From the NCBI GenBank assembly GCA_964016885.1, contig OZ024751.1:22382001-22446000 (forward strand): a DNA stretch of 64,000 nucleotides, read 5' to 3'. Shown here piece by piece: positions 12,600-26,877 of the stretch. Both the position numbers and the translations under genes were made by a program. The notes beneath the pieces were generated by a model. The model had not been told where the DNA came from, made no database searches, and saw only the letters and a program-made list of their open reading frames with translations. Source of the DNA: Eledone cirrhosa. Lineage: Eukaryota. Positions within the stretch are counted from its first letter, which is position 1; every line of letters begins with the position of its first letter.

Positions 12600-13915
12600 A
12601 GCCAGCTAATTAGCAGTCATTAGGGTGTTGAATTGAAATTACCCTGGTATTTGTTCTGGGCTCTATGTACTCCGAGTTCAAATCTCACAGAGGTCAACTT
12701 TGCTTTTCATCCTTTTGAGGTCGTTAAAAAAATGTACCAGTCTAGTACTGGGGTCGATTCTTTCTCTATATTTCTTTCTCACTTCTTCTCTCTAAGTTTC
12801 TTCCCTGGAACAAATCCGCTGTGTTTAAACTTGGAGAAGAGATGGGCTCTGCCAGACTTTAAAATCCTCAAGAAGTGCTGTACGGCAATATGGTACTCCT
12901 ACAATTCTATCATGAGTTACAGGTCCATATGATACCTAACCAGCTTGGCAGTCATTTGGGTGTTGGATTGATATTGCTCCGATATTTGTTCTTGGCTCTC
13001 TGAGTTCAAATCTCAGAGAGGTCAGCTTTGCCTTTTATCCTTTAGGGGCTGATAAATAGAGTACCAGTACTGAGGTTGATTCTTCCTCGATATCTCTTTT
13101 ATATTTCCATTCTTTCACTCTTTCTATCCTTCTTTGGAAGAAATCTGGTGTGTTCAGACCTGGAGAGTGATGGGCTCTGCTAGGCTTAAAAATGCCCAAG
13201 AAATGTTGTATGTCAATACAGAACCTCTATGACTCCATTATGAGTTACAAATCCATACCATATCAAATCAGCTAACTGGTAGTCATTAGAATGATGGAGT
13301 GAAATTACACCAATATTTTTTCTAGGTTTTCTGTGTTCTGAGTTCAAATCTCACTGAGGTCAACTTTGCCTTTCATCATTTCAAGGTTTATATAAAAAGT
13401 ACCAGTCTAGTACTGGGGTTGATTCTTCTATCTCTTTCTCACTTCCATTCTCTCACTTTCTATCTGCTGTGGTCAGACCCGGAGAGAAGATGGGCTCTGC
13501 CAGATTTAAAAATGCCCAAGAAGTGCTGTACGTCAATATAGTACCCCTATGATTCCATCACGAGTTACAGGCCCATACCATATCAATCCAACTTGGTAGT
13601 CATTTGGGTGTTGGGTTGAAATTGCTCTGGTATTTGTTCTGAGCTCTCTACTCTCTGAGTTCAAATCTCACAGAGGTCAACTTTGCCTTTTATCCTTTAG
13701 AGGTTGATAAATAGAGTACCAGTACTGAGGTTGATTCTTTCACTCTCTCTATCCTTCTTTGGAAGAAATCTGGTGTGTTCAGCCATGGAGAGAGATGGGC
13801 TCTGCCAGACTTAAAGATTCCACGAGGAATTACAGGTCCATACCATATCAAACCAGCTTGGCTGTCATTTGGGTGTTGGATTGAAATTGCTCTGATATTT
13901 GTTGTGGGCTCTCAG
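12600..13915 (+). repeat. Tandem array (about 4 units of about 330 bp) of a SINE-A-core plus 3' module composite
   Basis: Units start near 12603, 12940, 13269 and 13588, with a partial at 13853: cagtcatt.gggtgttg..gagttcaaatctcacagaggtcaactttgcc..cagacctggagag..atgggctctgccag..gagttacaggtccatacca. Dispersed pieces at 14575-14910 (minus), 16030-16130, 26480-26770 and 42225-42350. Confidence 0.8.
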
Positions 13916-14728
13916 GAATAAATGGGCAAAGAAAAAGATACAGACATAAGTCTGTATCTAAACCAACAACATGGAAGTAATTACAATTTCTCAGTATTTT
14001 ATCACTCAGCAAAGTGAAATGATATTCATAATAATAGTGATGATGATGTTGATGGAAGTGATGATAACAATGATGACTATAGTGATGGTAATGATTTGTG
14101 GTATTTATGAGGATGATTGTAGTGATAATGATGATGATGATAATGATGGTGGTATTGATGAGGATGGCTGATGATGATAGTTATGATGATGGTAATGATG
14201 ATGATGGTAGTGATGATCCTGATGACGGTGATGAAGATGATGATGGTAGTGGTGATGATGATGGTAGTGATGATGATGGTAGTAATGATGATGGTAGTGA
14301 TGATGATGGTGGTAAGGATGATGGTATTGATGATGATGATGATGATCCATTCTTTTAATGACAAGAAAATCAATGAACAACATTTACAGAAATTAATCAA
14401 AGAAAAACCAATTCTTCTTCAATAAAATATCATATCTATTGATTAAATCACTTGTTTCCTTGTTTAAAAAATCTTGCTGCTTCATTCATGACCTTCGCAA
14501 GGTCATGACATTTACAGTGTCATGACAATTGCAAGGTCATGGCCATTGCAGTTTCATGACCTGAAAATGACATGTGGTTTTGTTTGTATGGACCCATAAC
14601 CCCTGATGAAGTCGTAGAGGCATTGTAGTGACATATGGTGTGTCAAGCTTTTTTTAAAACTTGGCAGAGCCCATCCCCTCTTCAGATCTGAAGCACAGTA
14701 AATAACTCTTCCAGAGAAGGAGAGAGAA

Positions 14729-14761
<33 letters not shown>

Positions 14762-15134
14762 TAGAGAGGAAGGGACTGGAAGGGACTGAGATAAAGAGAA
14801 AGAATCAACACCAGTATTTGTCCAGTACCTTAGCTATTGACCTATGAAGGGCAAAGTTGACCTCAGCGAGATTTGAACTCAGAGGATCCAGAGAGCCAAA
14901 TGAATACAGTATTCTCCTTATTTCTTTTCCAAAATTTTCTGTTTTATTTTTCTGTCTTATTTTTCATGGTCAAGATGTCTCTTTTCAAACATTCTTCAGA
15001 TTTCCCTCACATGTCCTCTCCATTTACCCCTCTTTAAAGCAAGCACCCGCCTCCCCCCAGTTCTGAACTTCAAACTGTAGATCTTTAAGGTTGTTTTTTT
15101 ATGCAATTCTTATACATACATATAATATAATATA

Positions 15135-15297
15135 GAAAAAGAGTCAGGACCCCGATGGCTGAGCTCTGGCTGTTTCAACAGCTAGATCCATCGGGGTCCT
15201 GACTCTTTTCCTATTACCCACTCTACTGCCCTAAGTATTGAGTACTCTGGTGCGTTATGGTCCACCTGGTATCTTACCATACCTCTTCTTTGTTATA
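15135..15297 (+). mobile_element. Family H3 fold-back (diverged)
   Basis: aaaagagtcaggaccccgatgg...ccatcggggtcctgactctttt plus the shared tail. Confidence 0.7.
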
Positions 15298-15301
15298 ATA
15301 T

Positions 15302-15490
15302 AATTGTTTCTACTTTTGGCACAAGGCCAGCAATTACCCAGTGTATTACTGGTACTTTATTTTATCGACCCCGTAAGGATGAAAGGCAAAGTCAACCTCG
15401 GCGGGATTTGAACTCAGAATGGCAAGCGCTGTAACTCTTTGCTGCAAAGCATGGCGTCCGACCCTCTACCAATACTGCCAATCCACCACC
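15302..15490 (-). mobile_element. SINE A
   Basis: Matches the consensus. Confidence 0.85.
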
Positions 15491-16680
15491 ACCAATATTT
15501 GTTATAATATAATATATATATATATATACACACTGTAAATGTGGTTGGTGTTAGGAAGGGCATCCAACTGTAGAAAACCCGCCAGACAGTCCTATGCGAG
15601 CAAGACAACCACTCTTGCCTCAAGTGGGAAAACTCCCATCCAAACCCATGCAAGCATGGAACATGGACGTTAAACGATGATGATGATGATGATGATGATG
15701 ATGATACACATATAATATATATATATATAAATATATATATACATACTGCATACATACACATATTTGTACTATACATTACTACAGTTGTAATGTACCATAA
15801 CACCACTGAACAGCTAAAGTGATGATAAATATTTATATATACATACTGCATACATACACATATATCTGTACTATACCTTACTACAGTTGTAAAGTACCAC
15901 AGTACCACTGAATAGCTAAAGTGATAAAGAGATTTGATTTGATTCTCTCTGATTCCATTCCAAATAAAGTTAGTTCTATTATAGAAGAAAATATGGCTAG
16001 TTTGATCATTGCAATGGCATATTGTACTGGAAGAGATCGGCTGTGTTCAGGCCTGGAGAGGGGATGGGATCCATCAGGTTTAAAAAATTGTTTAAGAAAC
16101 ATTGTATGTCACTATGGCACCATTACGCATTACAGGAAGGGGAGAGAGTGGAAATAGTTGTTGTAGTCGTGGTGGTGGTGGTGGTGGTCGTAGTGGTGGT
16201 GGTGGTGGTCGTAAAGGATGGCTGTTTGGGGTTGGTATAGTGGGTGGTTGAAGTAGACAGTTTGGTAGTAATGGTTTCTGGTGATGAGTGTTATAGTGGT
16301 GGTAGTTGTGGTGCTGATGGTGGGAAATGGGATGTGACAGTGGAGAGATACTAATTCGAGAATGAAGGTGAGAGAAAGGTGAAGAGAGAGAAAGAGAGAA
16401 CGAAATAGATTGAGAGAGAGAGAGAGAATGATTTAATAAATCTTGCTTATTGAATAAACCATAAACTAGATTTCATCATAACCTTCCGGGAAGCAAGGAA
16501 GACGACGAAAAATGAAATTACTTTCTCTCCGGTTCCTAATCAATGGACATTACACTGAAATATATTACAGACTTTTCTAGGACACTAACCTACCCCATCC
16601 CCACCCTGATCGCTTCTACCATCATATAAGACTCACCATATATAATCCACTTGTATATAAGACCTAGAAGCATTTAAAAC

Positions 16681-16745
<65 letters not shown>

Positions 16746-16840
16746 TTATTATTACAGTTTAAGCTATACATTTCTGCTTTCAACCTAAGCAGGATTTTCT
16801 GAAAGAACCTTATCGAGTTCACTTTGGATTTTGATCTTTG

Positions 16841-17050
16841 TGGCAGTATCGGTAGAGGGTCGGACGCCATGCTTTCCAGCATAGTTACGTCCCTTTATGA
16901 TCTGAGTTCAAATCCCGCCGAGGTTGACTTTGACTTTGACTTTGACTTTGACGTTGACTTTGCCTTTCATCCTTACGGGGTCGATAAAATAAAGTACCAG
17001 TAATGCACTGGGTAATTACTGGCCTTGTGCCTAAAGAAGAAACAATTATT
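16841..17050 (+). mobile_element. SINE A with internal (TGACTT)n slippage
   Basis: Consensus with gactttgactttgactttgac expansion. Confidence 0.85.
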
Positions 17051-17514
17051 ACTATATGTATATATCATCATCATCACCGTTTTATGTCCGTTCTTCCACG
17101 GTAGCATGGGTTAGACGGGTTGTCCTGTTGTGGGCAGTGTCCGCTCGGCTGACCTTGTCTTGCTCATACAGGATTCTGGCTTGATTTATACAGCTGGATG
17201 CCCTTACTACACCAACCTCATTTACAGTGAGCACTGGGTGCTTTTTTCCGTGGGGCCTACACGTCCACTATACAGTGTGGGCTGGGTGCTTTTTTGCCGT
17301 GGCACCCCCCACGACCACTTTGCAGTGGTATGATAGGGACCCCAGTCCTATCATCTCATTTCTACAGCTGAGTAAACTGGAACAATGTGAAATAAAGTGT
17401 CTTGCTCAAAGAAACAACACATCACCCGGTCTGAGAATTGAACTCACAATCTTTCAATTGCAAGCCCAATGCTCTAACCACTAAGCCCTGTGCCTCCATA
17501 TATATATATATATG

Positions 17515-17680
17515 TTTATCCTGGGTTTAATCAGGGAAAAAACCACAGTAAGTAAATAAGGTACTCAATACATAGCAGAGTATGAATATTTAATATAGAA
17601 AGGCTTCTCCAGGACCAGAACTGTTTCATTCGAGAGAAATCATCAGGGCTCTTTAGTCCTGTAGAAGCCATTTCTATATT

Positions 17681-17685
<5 letters not shown>
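17515..17685 (-). mobile_element. Short (TA)n-anchored element, family H2, with hammerhead-like core and fold-back
   Basis: Minus strand CTGATGA-T-TTC-TCTC-GAA-T-GAAACAGTTC, flanked by inverted arms (aatatagaaa(t)ggcttct..agga / tcctg..agaagcc..ttctatatt). Both ends lie in TA repeats. Confidence 0.6.
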
Positions 17686-17730
<45 letters not shown>

Positions 17731-17746
17731 GCGTCTACATGTGAAC

Positions 17747-17838
17747 ACATATCTGAGGAGCTTCTGATTCCAGAGTCAGGATCAAACATTAATCGATCAT
17801 TCCTTGAGCTGATCAGCAATGAAACATATGTAATATGT
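17747..17838 (+). ncRNA. Hammerhead-like motif with long helix II insert (family H5)
   Basis: ACATAT-CTGAGGA-[61 nt, partly self-complementary]-GAAA-CATATG-TA-ATATGT. Perfect 6-bp helix I, palindromic helix III ACATATGT and GUA triplet; the base of helix II is imperfect. Confidence 0.6.
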
Positions 17839-18065
17839 AATTAAATATGCAAATGATGCAATACTGATTCTTTGTTCCCTTTTAATATTATATATATATA
17901 TATACTATAAAGTATGTCCATAGAATCATTTGATAATATATATACACCATTCCTCTCCCAATTAGCATAATCAACCACACAAAAAAACCAATTAAACCAT
18001 GCTATAAGATTAAAAGGCACCTATGAAGAAATAGTAGATAAATAAAGGACAGCCATCTATAAATA

Positions 18066-18196
18066 TATATTTATTAAAATAACAGATTAAAGTTTAAGCA
18101 AGGAATCACTACTTTCACCCTTAACGGCGGGATCTTCTGAAACTCTGAAAGCAGCGATTCCTTGCTTAAACTTTAATCTGTTATTTTAATAAATAT
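18066..18196. mobile_element. Fold-back element (family H7); related pieces at 38446-38495 and 16745-16840
   Basis: About 50-bp inverted arms (atttattaaaataacagattaaagtttaagcaaggaatc..ctttca / tgaaagcagcgattccttgcttaaactttaatctgttattttaataaat). The minus strand has CAGAAGA-T-CCC..GGG-T-GAAAG, a weak hammerhead-like core. Confidence 0.55.
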
Positions 18197-18390
18197 TTGC
18201 TCTATGGTTTTTATATATTTTTATATATATATTATCCTTATCGAACCCTGTTCGGATTTTAGTCTAAGCATTTATTATTATTACTATATATAGCAGGGAA
18301 AAGCGGACGTAAAATATATATATATATATATATATGTAGAGATAGATAGATAGATAGATAGATTTTCAATAGATAGATATTTCTACTTAC

Positions 18391-18657
18391 AATATATATT
18401 TAAATGTTTGGTAACCGTCTTCTTCCATTTGTGAAACATGGCAGTGCATACACAATCCGTTCCGTGTAAATGTCGTGTAAGAAAGAAGAATAGTGCACAT
18501 GCCTGTTTGCCCGAGCTGTTGACTCCACCACACCAGAGCTGTACTCTTGGTGCTGGTTGTGAACCAATCCAGCTACAAGCTACTGTTAATGTCGTGTTTT
18601 CAGTTTCTGGTCTGTCTGTTTCAAATCCTTCTATTAAAATTTTACCCCGAGGTATAT
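18391..18657 (-). CDS. Internal exon (short-type Ig-like domain, S3)
   Basis: Acceptor ttgtatttttcAG|, donor |GTAAGT, 267 nt, phase 1-1: YIPRGKILIEGFETDRPETENTTLTVACSWIGSQPAPRVQLWCGG...TRHLHGTDCVCTAMFHKWKKTVTKHLNIY. Confidence 0.9.
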
Positions 18658-18812
18658 CTGAAAAATACAATAAAATTAATGTATATTTAAAGAATCAAAT
18701 CCAAATGGATATAAAGGTGTATATCTTGCAACATACCTGTTATTTTTATCTAAAGACATTTTTTCAAATTCCACTCCACCCGTCCCTTCAATCTAACTTA
18801 TTTCTCATTCTT

Positions 18813-18848
18813 TCTTCCGATGACGGACTAGCATCCGAAACGTTAAGA
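18813..18848 (+). ncRNA. Minimal hammerhead motif (H1, copy 2; core variant CCGATGA)
   Basis: TCTT-CCGATGA-C-GGA-CTAGCA-TCC-GAAA-CG-TT-AAGA, followed by the shared tail (..tcaagcattaacctaatatatt..tgtact..) to about 18935, then a TA-rich tract. Confidence 0.6.
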
Positions 18849-18966
18849 CCCTCTTCCTGCTATTTCAAGCATTAACCTAATATATTCCTTCCATATACTG
18901 TACTGATTGTGTTGTTATTTCTGTTTACCATTTACATACATATATATATATGTACATTTATATGTT

Positions 18967-19000
<34 letters not shown>

Positions 19001-19169
19001 TATATGCATGTGTATATGTATGCATATATATACATATATATATATGCATGTGTATATGTATGCATATATATACACATATATATATATATATGCATGTATG
19101 CATATATATATATATACGTATGCAAATATATATGTATACAATAATTGTACATAATAATTTCATTATTAT

Positions 19170-19225
<56 letters not shown>

Positions 19226-19883
19226 GTGCATATGTATGCATATATATATATACATATGCAAATATATACGTATATATATATACATGTGTATATGTATGCA
19301 TATATATATATACATATGCAAATATATACGTATATATATATATACATGAGTATATGTATGCATATATATATATATATACATATGCAAATATATACGTATA
19401 TATATATATACATGAGTATATGTATGCATATATATATATATATACATATGCAAATATATACGTATATATATATACATGAGTATATGTATGCATATATATA
19501 TATATATGCAAATATATATGTATATATATATATATACATGTGTATATGTATGCGTATATATATATATACATATGCAAATATATACATATATATATATACA
19601 TGTGTATATGTATGCATATATATATACATATATATATACATATATATATACATATATATACACATTCACTCACACATAAGCACACATATGTATGATCATA
19701 CATACAGAAAGTACATGAAATTCTCTGGATATATATCTAAGATATTGCATGATGTGAGATATAACAAATGGTAATTCATCAAAGTCAGGAATATGACTTT
19801 GATCAATGTTCCACTGGTGTATATCATAGTTATGTGTATTTACTGTGATTATATTACACACTCACACATACATGTATCTATAG

Positions 19884-19923
<40 letters not shown>

Positions 19924-21017
19924 CACATATCATCATTATTTAACGTCCATTTATAATGATGATGATATATATAGATATAATATGTAATATCACAGTAAAT
20001 ACAAACACGTATATACATACATATATATATATATATATATACATACATACATATATACATACATACATATATCATCATCATCATGATCACCGTTTTTACG
20101 TCGTTCTTCCACGCTAGCATGGGTTAGACGGGTTGTCCTGTTGTGGGCAGTGTCCGGTCAGCTGACCTTCTCTTGCTCATATGGGAACTGATTCTGGCTT
20201 GATTTCTACAGCTGGATGCCCTTCCTAACACCAACCTCATTTACAGTGAGTGCTGGGTGCTTATATTGCCGTGGCACCTCCACGACCACTTTGCAGTGGA
20301 ATGATATGGACCCCAGTCCCTATCATCTCATTTCTACAGCTGAGTAAACTGGAGCAATGTGAAATAAAGTGTCTTGCTCAAGGAAACAACACATCACCTG
20401 GTCTGAGAATTGAACTCACAACCTTTCGATTGCAAGGCCAATACTCTAACCACCATGCCATGTGCCTCCATAATATCCAATCTATGCAAGCATGGTAAAG
20501 CAGATAGGGAACAATGATGATGATGACAATATATATATATATATATGTGTGTGTGTATAGTCTAGTTTTATTGATATATCACAGAAAGAAAAGCAAAGTT
20601 GGTACACAGCCAACAATGCATTGTTTAAACCTGCTTAGATATATATGATAAATATGATGTCTTCACAAATAACCAACTGGCTATTATTATCATCATCATC
20701 ATTATCATCATTTTATGTCCATTTTCTTTGGTGGCATGGGTTTGAGGGTCATAATGGTCGGAAGAAAGACCGACTTATCAGATATCCACATCTAGCTCAT
20801 ACGATCCATATTCTAGTAGGGACTCTACAGCTGGATGCACTTCAAAATGCCAACCACTTTACGAAGTGAAGTGATACATTAGAGCTAGGGTTACGATTAG
20901 AGTTAGGCATAGTATTAGTTGAGTTAATGTGGTGACATCATCATCATGTAATTATATATCGCAAAGCATATTGTCCAATGCTCTACTGATTCTGCCAATA
21001 CACCGTTACAGATTAAT

Positions 21018-21310
21018 AATTGTTTCTACTTTTGGCACAAGGCCAGCAAATTACCCAGTACATTACTGGTATTTTATTTTATCGACCCAGTAAGGATGAA
21101 AGGCAAAGTTAACATCGATGGGATTTGAACTCAGACCGTAAAGGGACGTAACTATGCTGAAAAGCATGGCGTCTGACCCTCTACTGATACTGCCAATGAT
21201 TTCTGATTGAGGCACAATGCCATCAATTTTTGAGGGAAGGAAAAGTCAATTACATTGACCCCAGTGCATTACTGGTACTTTATATTATTGACCCTGTAAG
21301 GACGAAAGGG
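21018..21310 (-). mobile_element. SINE A plus older partial copy
   Basis: Matches the consensus. Confidence 0.8.
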
Positions 21311-21713
21311 TTGTAGATTAGTAATACTCAGTGTCATAGCACAGTACCATTATTAGAAATCTTCAATTTTTACTTCTCTAATCTGAAGAATATCAGAAGG
21401 TTACAGAAAAATCTTTGAAATGGTAATTTTGTTGATGTTGTGATGGTTGTTGTCTGCTGTCTTTTGTTTCTATCGGAAAACATTTAAAATCTATGACAGA
21501 AATGTCTATAAACCAACATTTCTAAAGATCCCAGCATTTGGAAGAATTAAATTCTTCCAACATTTCTATTGTTCCAACATTGTTTGTACTTTATACAAAC
21601 AAATATTGACTGATCTCAAGAACCAACATTCCGGTAAGTTAGTATTGCCATGTTTTGCATAGAAATACTTTGAAAGACTAAAAGTACATGGCGTCATTAA
21701 AATGTGTGTGTGA

Positions 21714-21759
<46 letters not shown>

Positions 21760-21949
21760 GATATATGAATATAATATATAATACATATATATATGATATA
21801 TGAATATAATATATATACATATATGAATATAATATATATATATATATATATAATATATATACATATATGAATATAATATATATATAATATATACACATAT
21901 ATGAATATAATATATATATATATATAATATATATACATATATGAATATA

Positions 21950-21997
<48 letters not shown>

Positions 21998-22020
21998 ATA
22001 TATATACATATATGAATATA

Positions 22021-22052
<32 letters not shown>

Positions 22053-22055
22053 TAC

Positions 22056-22145
<90 letters not shown>

Positions 22146-22149
22146 TATA

Positions 22150-22445
22150 TCGCAAAGCATAAATGAATTGAGAGAGAGACTGAGCATAAGAGGAATCAAA
22201 TGGTGTGTGCAGGAGAGGTGGTTGCGTTGGTATGGACATGTGATGCGTATGAAGAGTGACAGCTGCATAAAAAGGTGCAGAGCACTAGAAGTCGATAGAA
22301 ACCACGGAGTGGGGAGACCCAAGAAGACCTGGGATGAGGTGATAAAAGCCGACCTTACCCAATTACACCCCTCAAAGGTGATGACACACGACCGTGACCT
22401 CTGGCATCACGCAGTAATACAGAAGACCTGACCCCCCATGGGTAT
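22150..22445 (+). mobile_element. RTE-clade LINE 3' fragment
   Basis: LRERLSIRGIKWCVQERWLRWYGHVMRM...GRPKKTWDEVIKADL..MTHDRDLW, a typical RTE ORF C-terminus. Confidence 0.85.
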
Positions 22446-25400
22446 AAGCTGAAGCTGAAGCATATAGACAATATGCCCCAAAACCTTCCCACTGCAAAGT
22501 GGTCGTGGAGGTGCCATGGCAAAAAAGCACCCAGCCCACACTGTAAAGTGGACGTGTAGGTGCCACGGAAAAAAAAGCACCCAGCACTCACTGTAAATGA
22601 GGTTGGTGTTAGGAAGGGCATCCAGCTGTAGAAATCAAGCCAGAATCAGTTCCCGTATGAGCAAGGCATGGTCAGCCGACCGGCTACTGCCCACAACAGG
22701 ACAACCTGTCTAACCCATGCTAGCATGTTAGAACAGACGTAAAATGGTGATGATGATGATAATATATATATATGAATATAATATATATATATATATATAT
22801 ATACATATGAATATAATATATATATATATATATACATATATGAATATAATATATATATATACATATATGAATATAATATATATATATCATATATATATTA
22901 TATTCATATATGCATATATATATATGCATATATATATATGCATATATATATATATTGGTATTTTATTTTATGCCCCCTCTATGTCTAGAATATATATAAA
23001 GTCAATATGTAATTTTTATTGCAGTAATTTCCGATGGTTTATTTAGTCACGGGGGATTTTTATTTATATATTTATTATATTTTTTATTTTTTTATTTTAT
23101 TTTATTTATTTATTTATTTTTTTCTTCAGTAGAAAATTTTACTAATAAACTCCAATATTGCAGCATCGATAAGAAATGGCTAAATTCTACATCTAATGTC
23201 AATGTAATATAATTATAACATGGAATTTGATTACCAATTTTAGCATCATCATGCGATATGTTTTTCTTTGTTTTGTTTGTTTTTTTTATCTAATTTTCAT
23301 TCAACATAGATTAATAAGAAATAAAGATAATTCTAGACAAAAATTATAATAGATTATAGATTGTATATTGATTGCATGCATATAGAATACAGAAAAAAAA
23401 AAAAAAAATAAATAAATAAAAGAATAAATGAAAGTCATGAGACCAATTCATAACAAATTCTTCATAAAACTATCTGTTGCAGAAATAGATAACTTGACAG
23501 GCTATTTACTGCTAAAAATTTCCAAATAGTTTTACTAAAAGGCATGATAATGTGAGGGCATCCTACTGCAGCAGAATCTAAGACAAAGGTTGAGAGAACT
23601 CTTCAATTTTGTCAAGGACACAACAACCTCCTTAGTGTTAGTGCAATGATAAAATACACCCAATACACTGGTTGGTGGTAGGATTGGTTTCCAACTGTAG
23701 AAAGACACAACAACCTCCCTAGTGTTGGTATGATTATAAAATACACCCAATACACTGGTTGCTGATAGGATAGGTTTCCAACTGTAGAAAAACAGCAGAA
23801 CCTCCCAAGTGTTGGTATGATAGGATGGATTTCCAGCTGTAGAAAGAGACCAGCACCTCCTTAGTGTTGGTGCAATGATAAATTACACCCAATACATTCC
23901 TCAATGAACTGGTTCGTGATAGGATGGGTTTCCAACTGTAGAAACCATGACAAAAGAGTAAAGTTTATGTAAGCAAGGCCTGGCTTATGGCTCATCTGGA
24001 GGATAGTAGTTCTAATTAAATACTTGATTTGGTCTTTGACAACCTATCGAACCCATACCAGCATGGCAAAATTAATTTGAAATGATAATAATGATGATGA
24101 TGATTGTACATTGATTAAAAAATAAAAGAACAAATGCTTATCACGAGACCAATTCATAGCTAATTCTTCATAAAACTATCTGTTGCAGAAATAGATATCT
24201 TGACAGGATAATTCTTGCTAAAAATTTTCAAAAATAATCTAATCTTTGCAAAAGAAACACAAGAATTAGGAAAAAAAAAAGAAAAAAAAAAGAATTATCA
24301 TTATAATTCTTGGTTAATTTCATCATAAGCTTATTGTATTTACATGTTTCAAATGTATTTGTTAGTCATAAAATTCTCTTTAGCAATAAAACACTTATGT
24401 TAAAGAAAACAACAAGAACAACAACTACAAAAGCAGCTATGCAAAGGGAAAAATTATGAAATCTAATTTCTTGAATTGTGTTTTTTATCTCTTCTTCCCC
24501 ATAAAAATATAGAAAATAACTTAAAGAATTCTAAGTAGAATCTTTAATTGATTTCGAGTATAATTTTGGAATATTTGTGAGACTTCTTGTAGTGGTGATT
24601 GCAGGCAAAAGATTCAAAAATGAGACAATATTGATTAAGCTCAAACAAATATATAGCAATTCTCCATCTTAATTTAAAATCTAATTCATTGTAATCACTG
24701 CAAACAGTTACAAAAAGAAAATGGAGAAATTAAAAACAAAGTTCAGAACGTTTGGAGCAGTTGCATCATTATTATTTTTTTTAGGCTAGTTCCTAAAGAG
24801 CTACTTAAAATAAGGAATTCTTTAATCAAAACGAGGAATTTATAAAACACACAACAAATAGATTGAACAGCAAATAAATAGATGAAGGATTTCCTGAACA
24901 TAACAAATGAAAAAAAAAAAATAGACAAAGAAAAACTATAGATTCTGAATATGGCAAAATATCTTGACGGTATGACAATATTATTTCATAAATGTTGGAG
25001 AAATTTAATAGAGTTGCCCGAGTGTCAAATTAAACACTTGGTATTTGCTCCGATCTTCTTAGTTCAAATTCTGCTGAGGTCAACTTTGCCTTTCTTCATT
25101 TCATTTTCATCATTTTAATGTCTGCTTTCCCTGTTAGCAAGGATTGGACAGGTCTACATAAACGAACTCAGTACTGAAGCAGGGTTTCTAACCCCCCAGA
25201 CAGGTTTGTGGGGTCTGCATCTCACTTACATACAGTCATATATTCTAGTGAATGCACAGGAAATTTGTTTGGCAAGCTTTCTATGGCTGAATGCCCTTTT
25301 TATCACCAACCACTTTACTGCATTACTGGGTGCATCATGCTCTTGATATGACTGAAGGATCCTCCTTTTTAAGATCAATAAATAAAGTATCAGTTCATGG

Positions 25401-25810
25401 GTAGTAGATAAGATGGAATATGTTACTGAGGTCCTTATGAATGGCCAACAAAAAGCCCTGACTTAATGGCATGCAATCTTTTCCTCTAGGGGTGGGTGAA
25501 AGAAGAACCTTTTAGTTCAAAACCAAAATCTCTAACTGATGAAGTCAGTCAAGGATATACCCAGACGATTAAAAACACTGGTGTTATGCACATTTTAAGA
25601 CTGTACTGTACTTCTACCATTATATTGTTCAAGATAAAACATGTTTTATGAAAATTGACCAATAATTAATAAAGTTATTAATTTTAAATAGGGAGTTTCT
25701 TTCCACCCTATATACTAAATGTGAACCTACCACAAGCATTGAGTCAGCACATCATCAAACTCTTTAACCACACAGCCATATCTACATCTATTGTCATATT
25801 TATTAAATTA

Positions 25811-26025
25811 CTGTATATACTTGAATATAGGCCAAAGAATATGTGACCCCAAAAATCGATGGTAAAATGGAGGGTGAAGGAGTTGGTGTTTGTTCACACC
25901 ACCTAAACAATGTGTTGATTAGCTGCCTCAGCTTATAAATAGAGTTTGGATGTTTGCTGATTTCTCAGACATAAAATAATGGGGTTGGTTTATATTCAGA
26001 TTGACTTATATTTGAGCATACACGG
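25811..26025. mobile_element. Old TA-flanked pogo/Tigger-like MITE
   Basis: TA-ctgtatatacttgaatataggc ... gacttatatttgagcatacacgg-TA, imperfect TIRs. Confidence 0.55.
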
Positions 26026-26877
26026 TATCTTCTTGCTGCTGTTATTTTACCACAATACTATGCTGACATATGTTATGACAGAACTAGATACATTTAAGGG
26101 CGAATCTCTTCTACAGACACATGTTATTTCATTCTGCTTTTCACCACTTGTTATCATATGAAATTGCAATTAACATTAATAGTCGGCATATAAATATGTA
26201 CCCCAAACTGGGCGGGATTAATGACCATGCCATAACACCTTTCTTCTCAAAATGAGCACAACATTTTAAAAGTGACGACCCGAAGCAGAGCAGCAAAACA
26301 AAAAGCATACAAAAACAAAATAGAAAAATAAAACAAAACATAAAAAAGTAAAAAGCTGAAAAAAAACAACAACAAAACACCCAAGGAAAATAAGCAAAAA
26401 TAATTGCACATTTCAACTATGTTTATTTTTGTAAATAACATGGAATATATAAGTTATGTGGGTCGGTGCTTATTATTTGGAAGGCAGAGAATTGGCAAAG
26501 TCATTAGCATGTCAGATAAAATGCTTTGCTGTATTTGTTGCGACTTTTTGTATTCTAGTTCAAATCCAGTCAGGGTCAACTTCGCCATTTTTTTTTTAAT
26601 GATTCAAGGTCATTAAATAAGGTATCATTTCAATACTGATATTGATTCTTTCTCTCTATCTCTTCCTCACTTCCTCTCTCATGCTCTCTCTCTCTCTTTA
26701 TTTCTTTCTTTGGTAGAAATTATCTGTGTTCAGACCTGGACAGAGAGGATGGGCTCTGCCAGGTTTAAATACATGAGACAGACAATGTAACAAGAGGGCT
26801 CAGATGACTGATCTGGAATTCAGAATGCATGGCTGTATGGAGGGATGTATATTATGTAGGCTATGTTGGTTGAGTGT

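Noticed and set aside
14486-14570. Clustered TGACCT/AGGTCA palindromes as nuclear-receptor response elements
   Set aside because: It is a short degenerate repeat next to a TE fragment, with no independent support for function.
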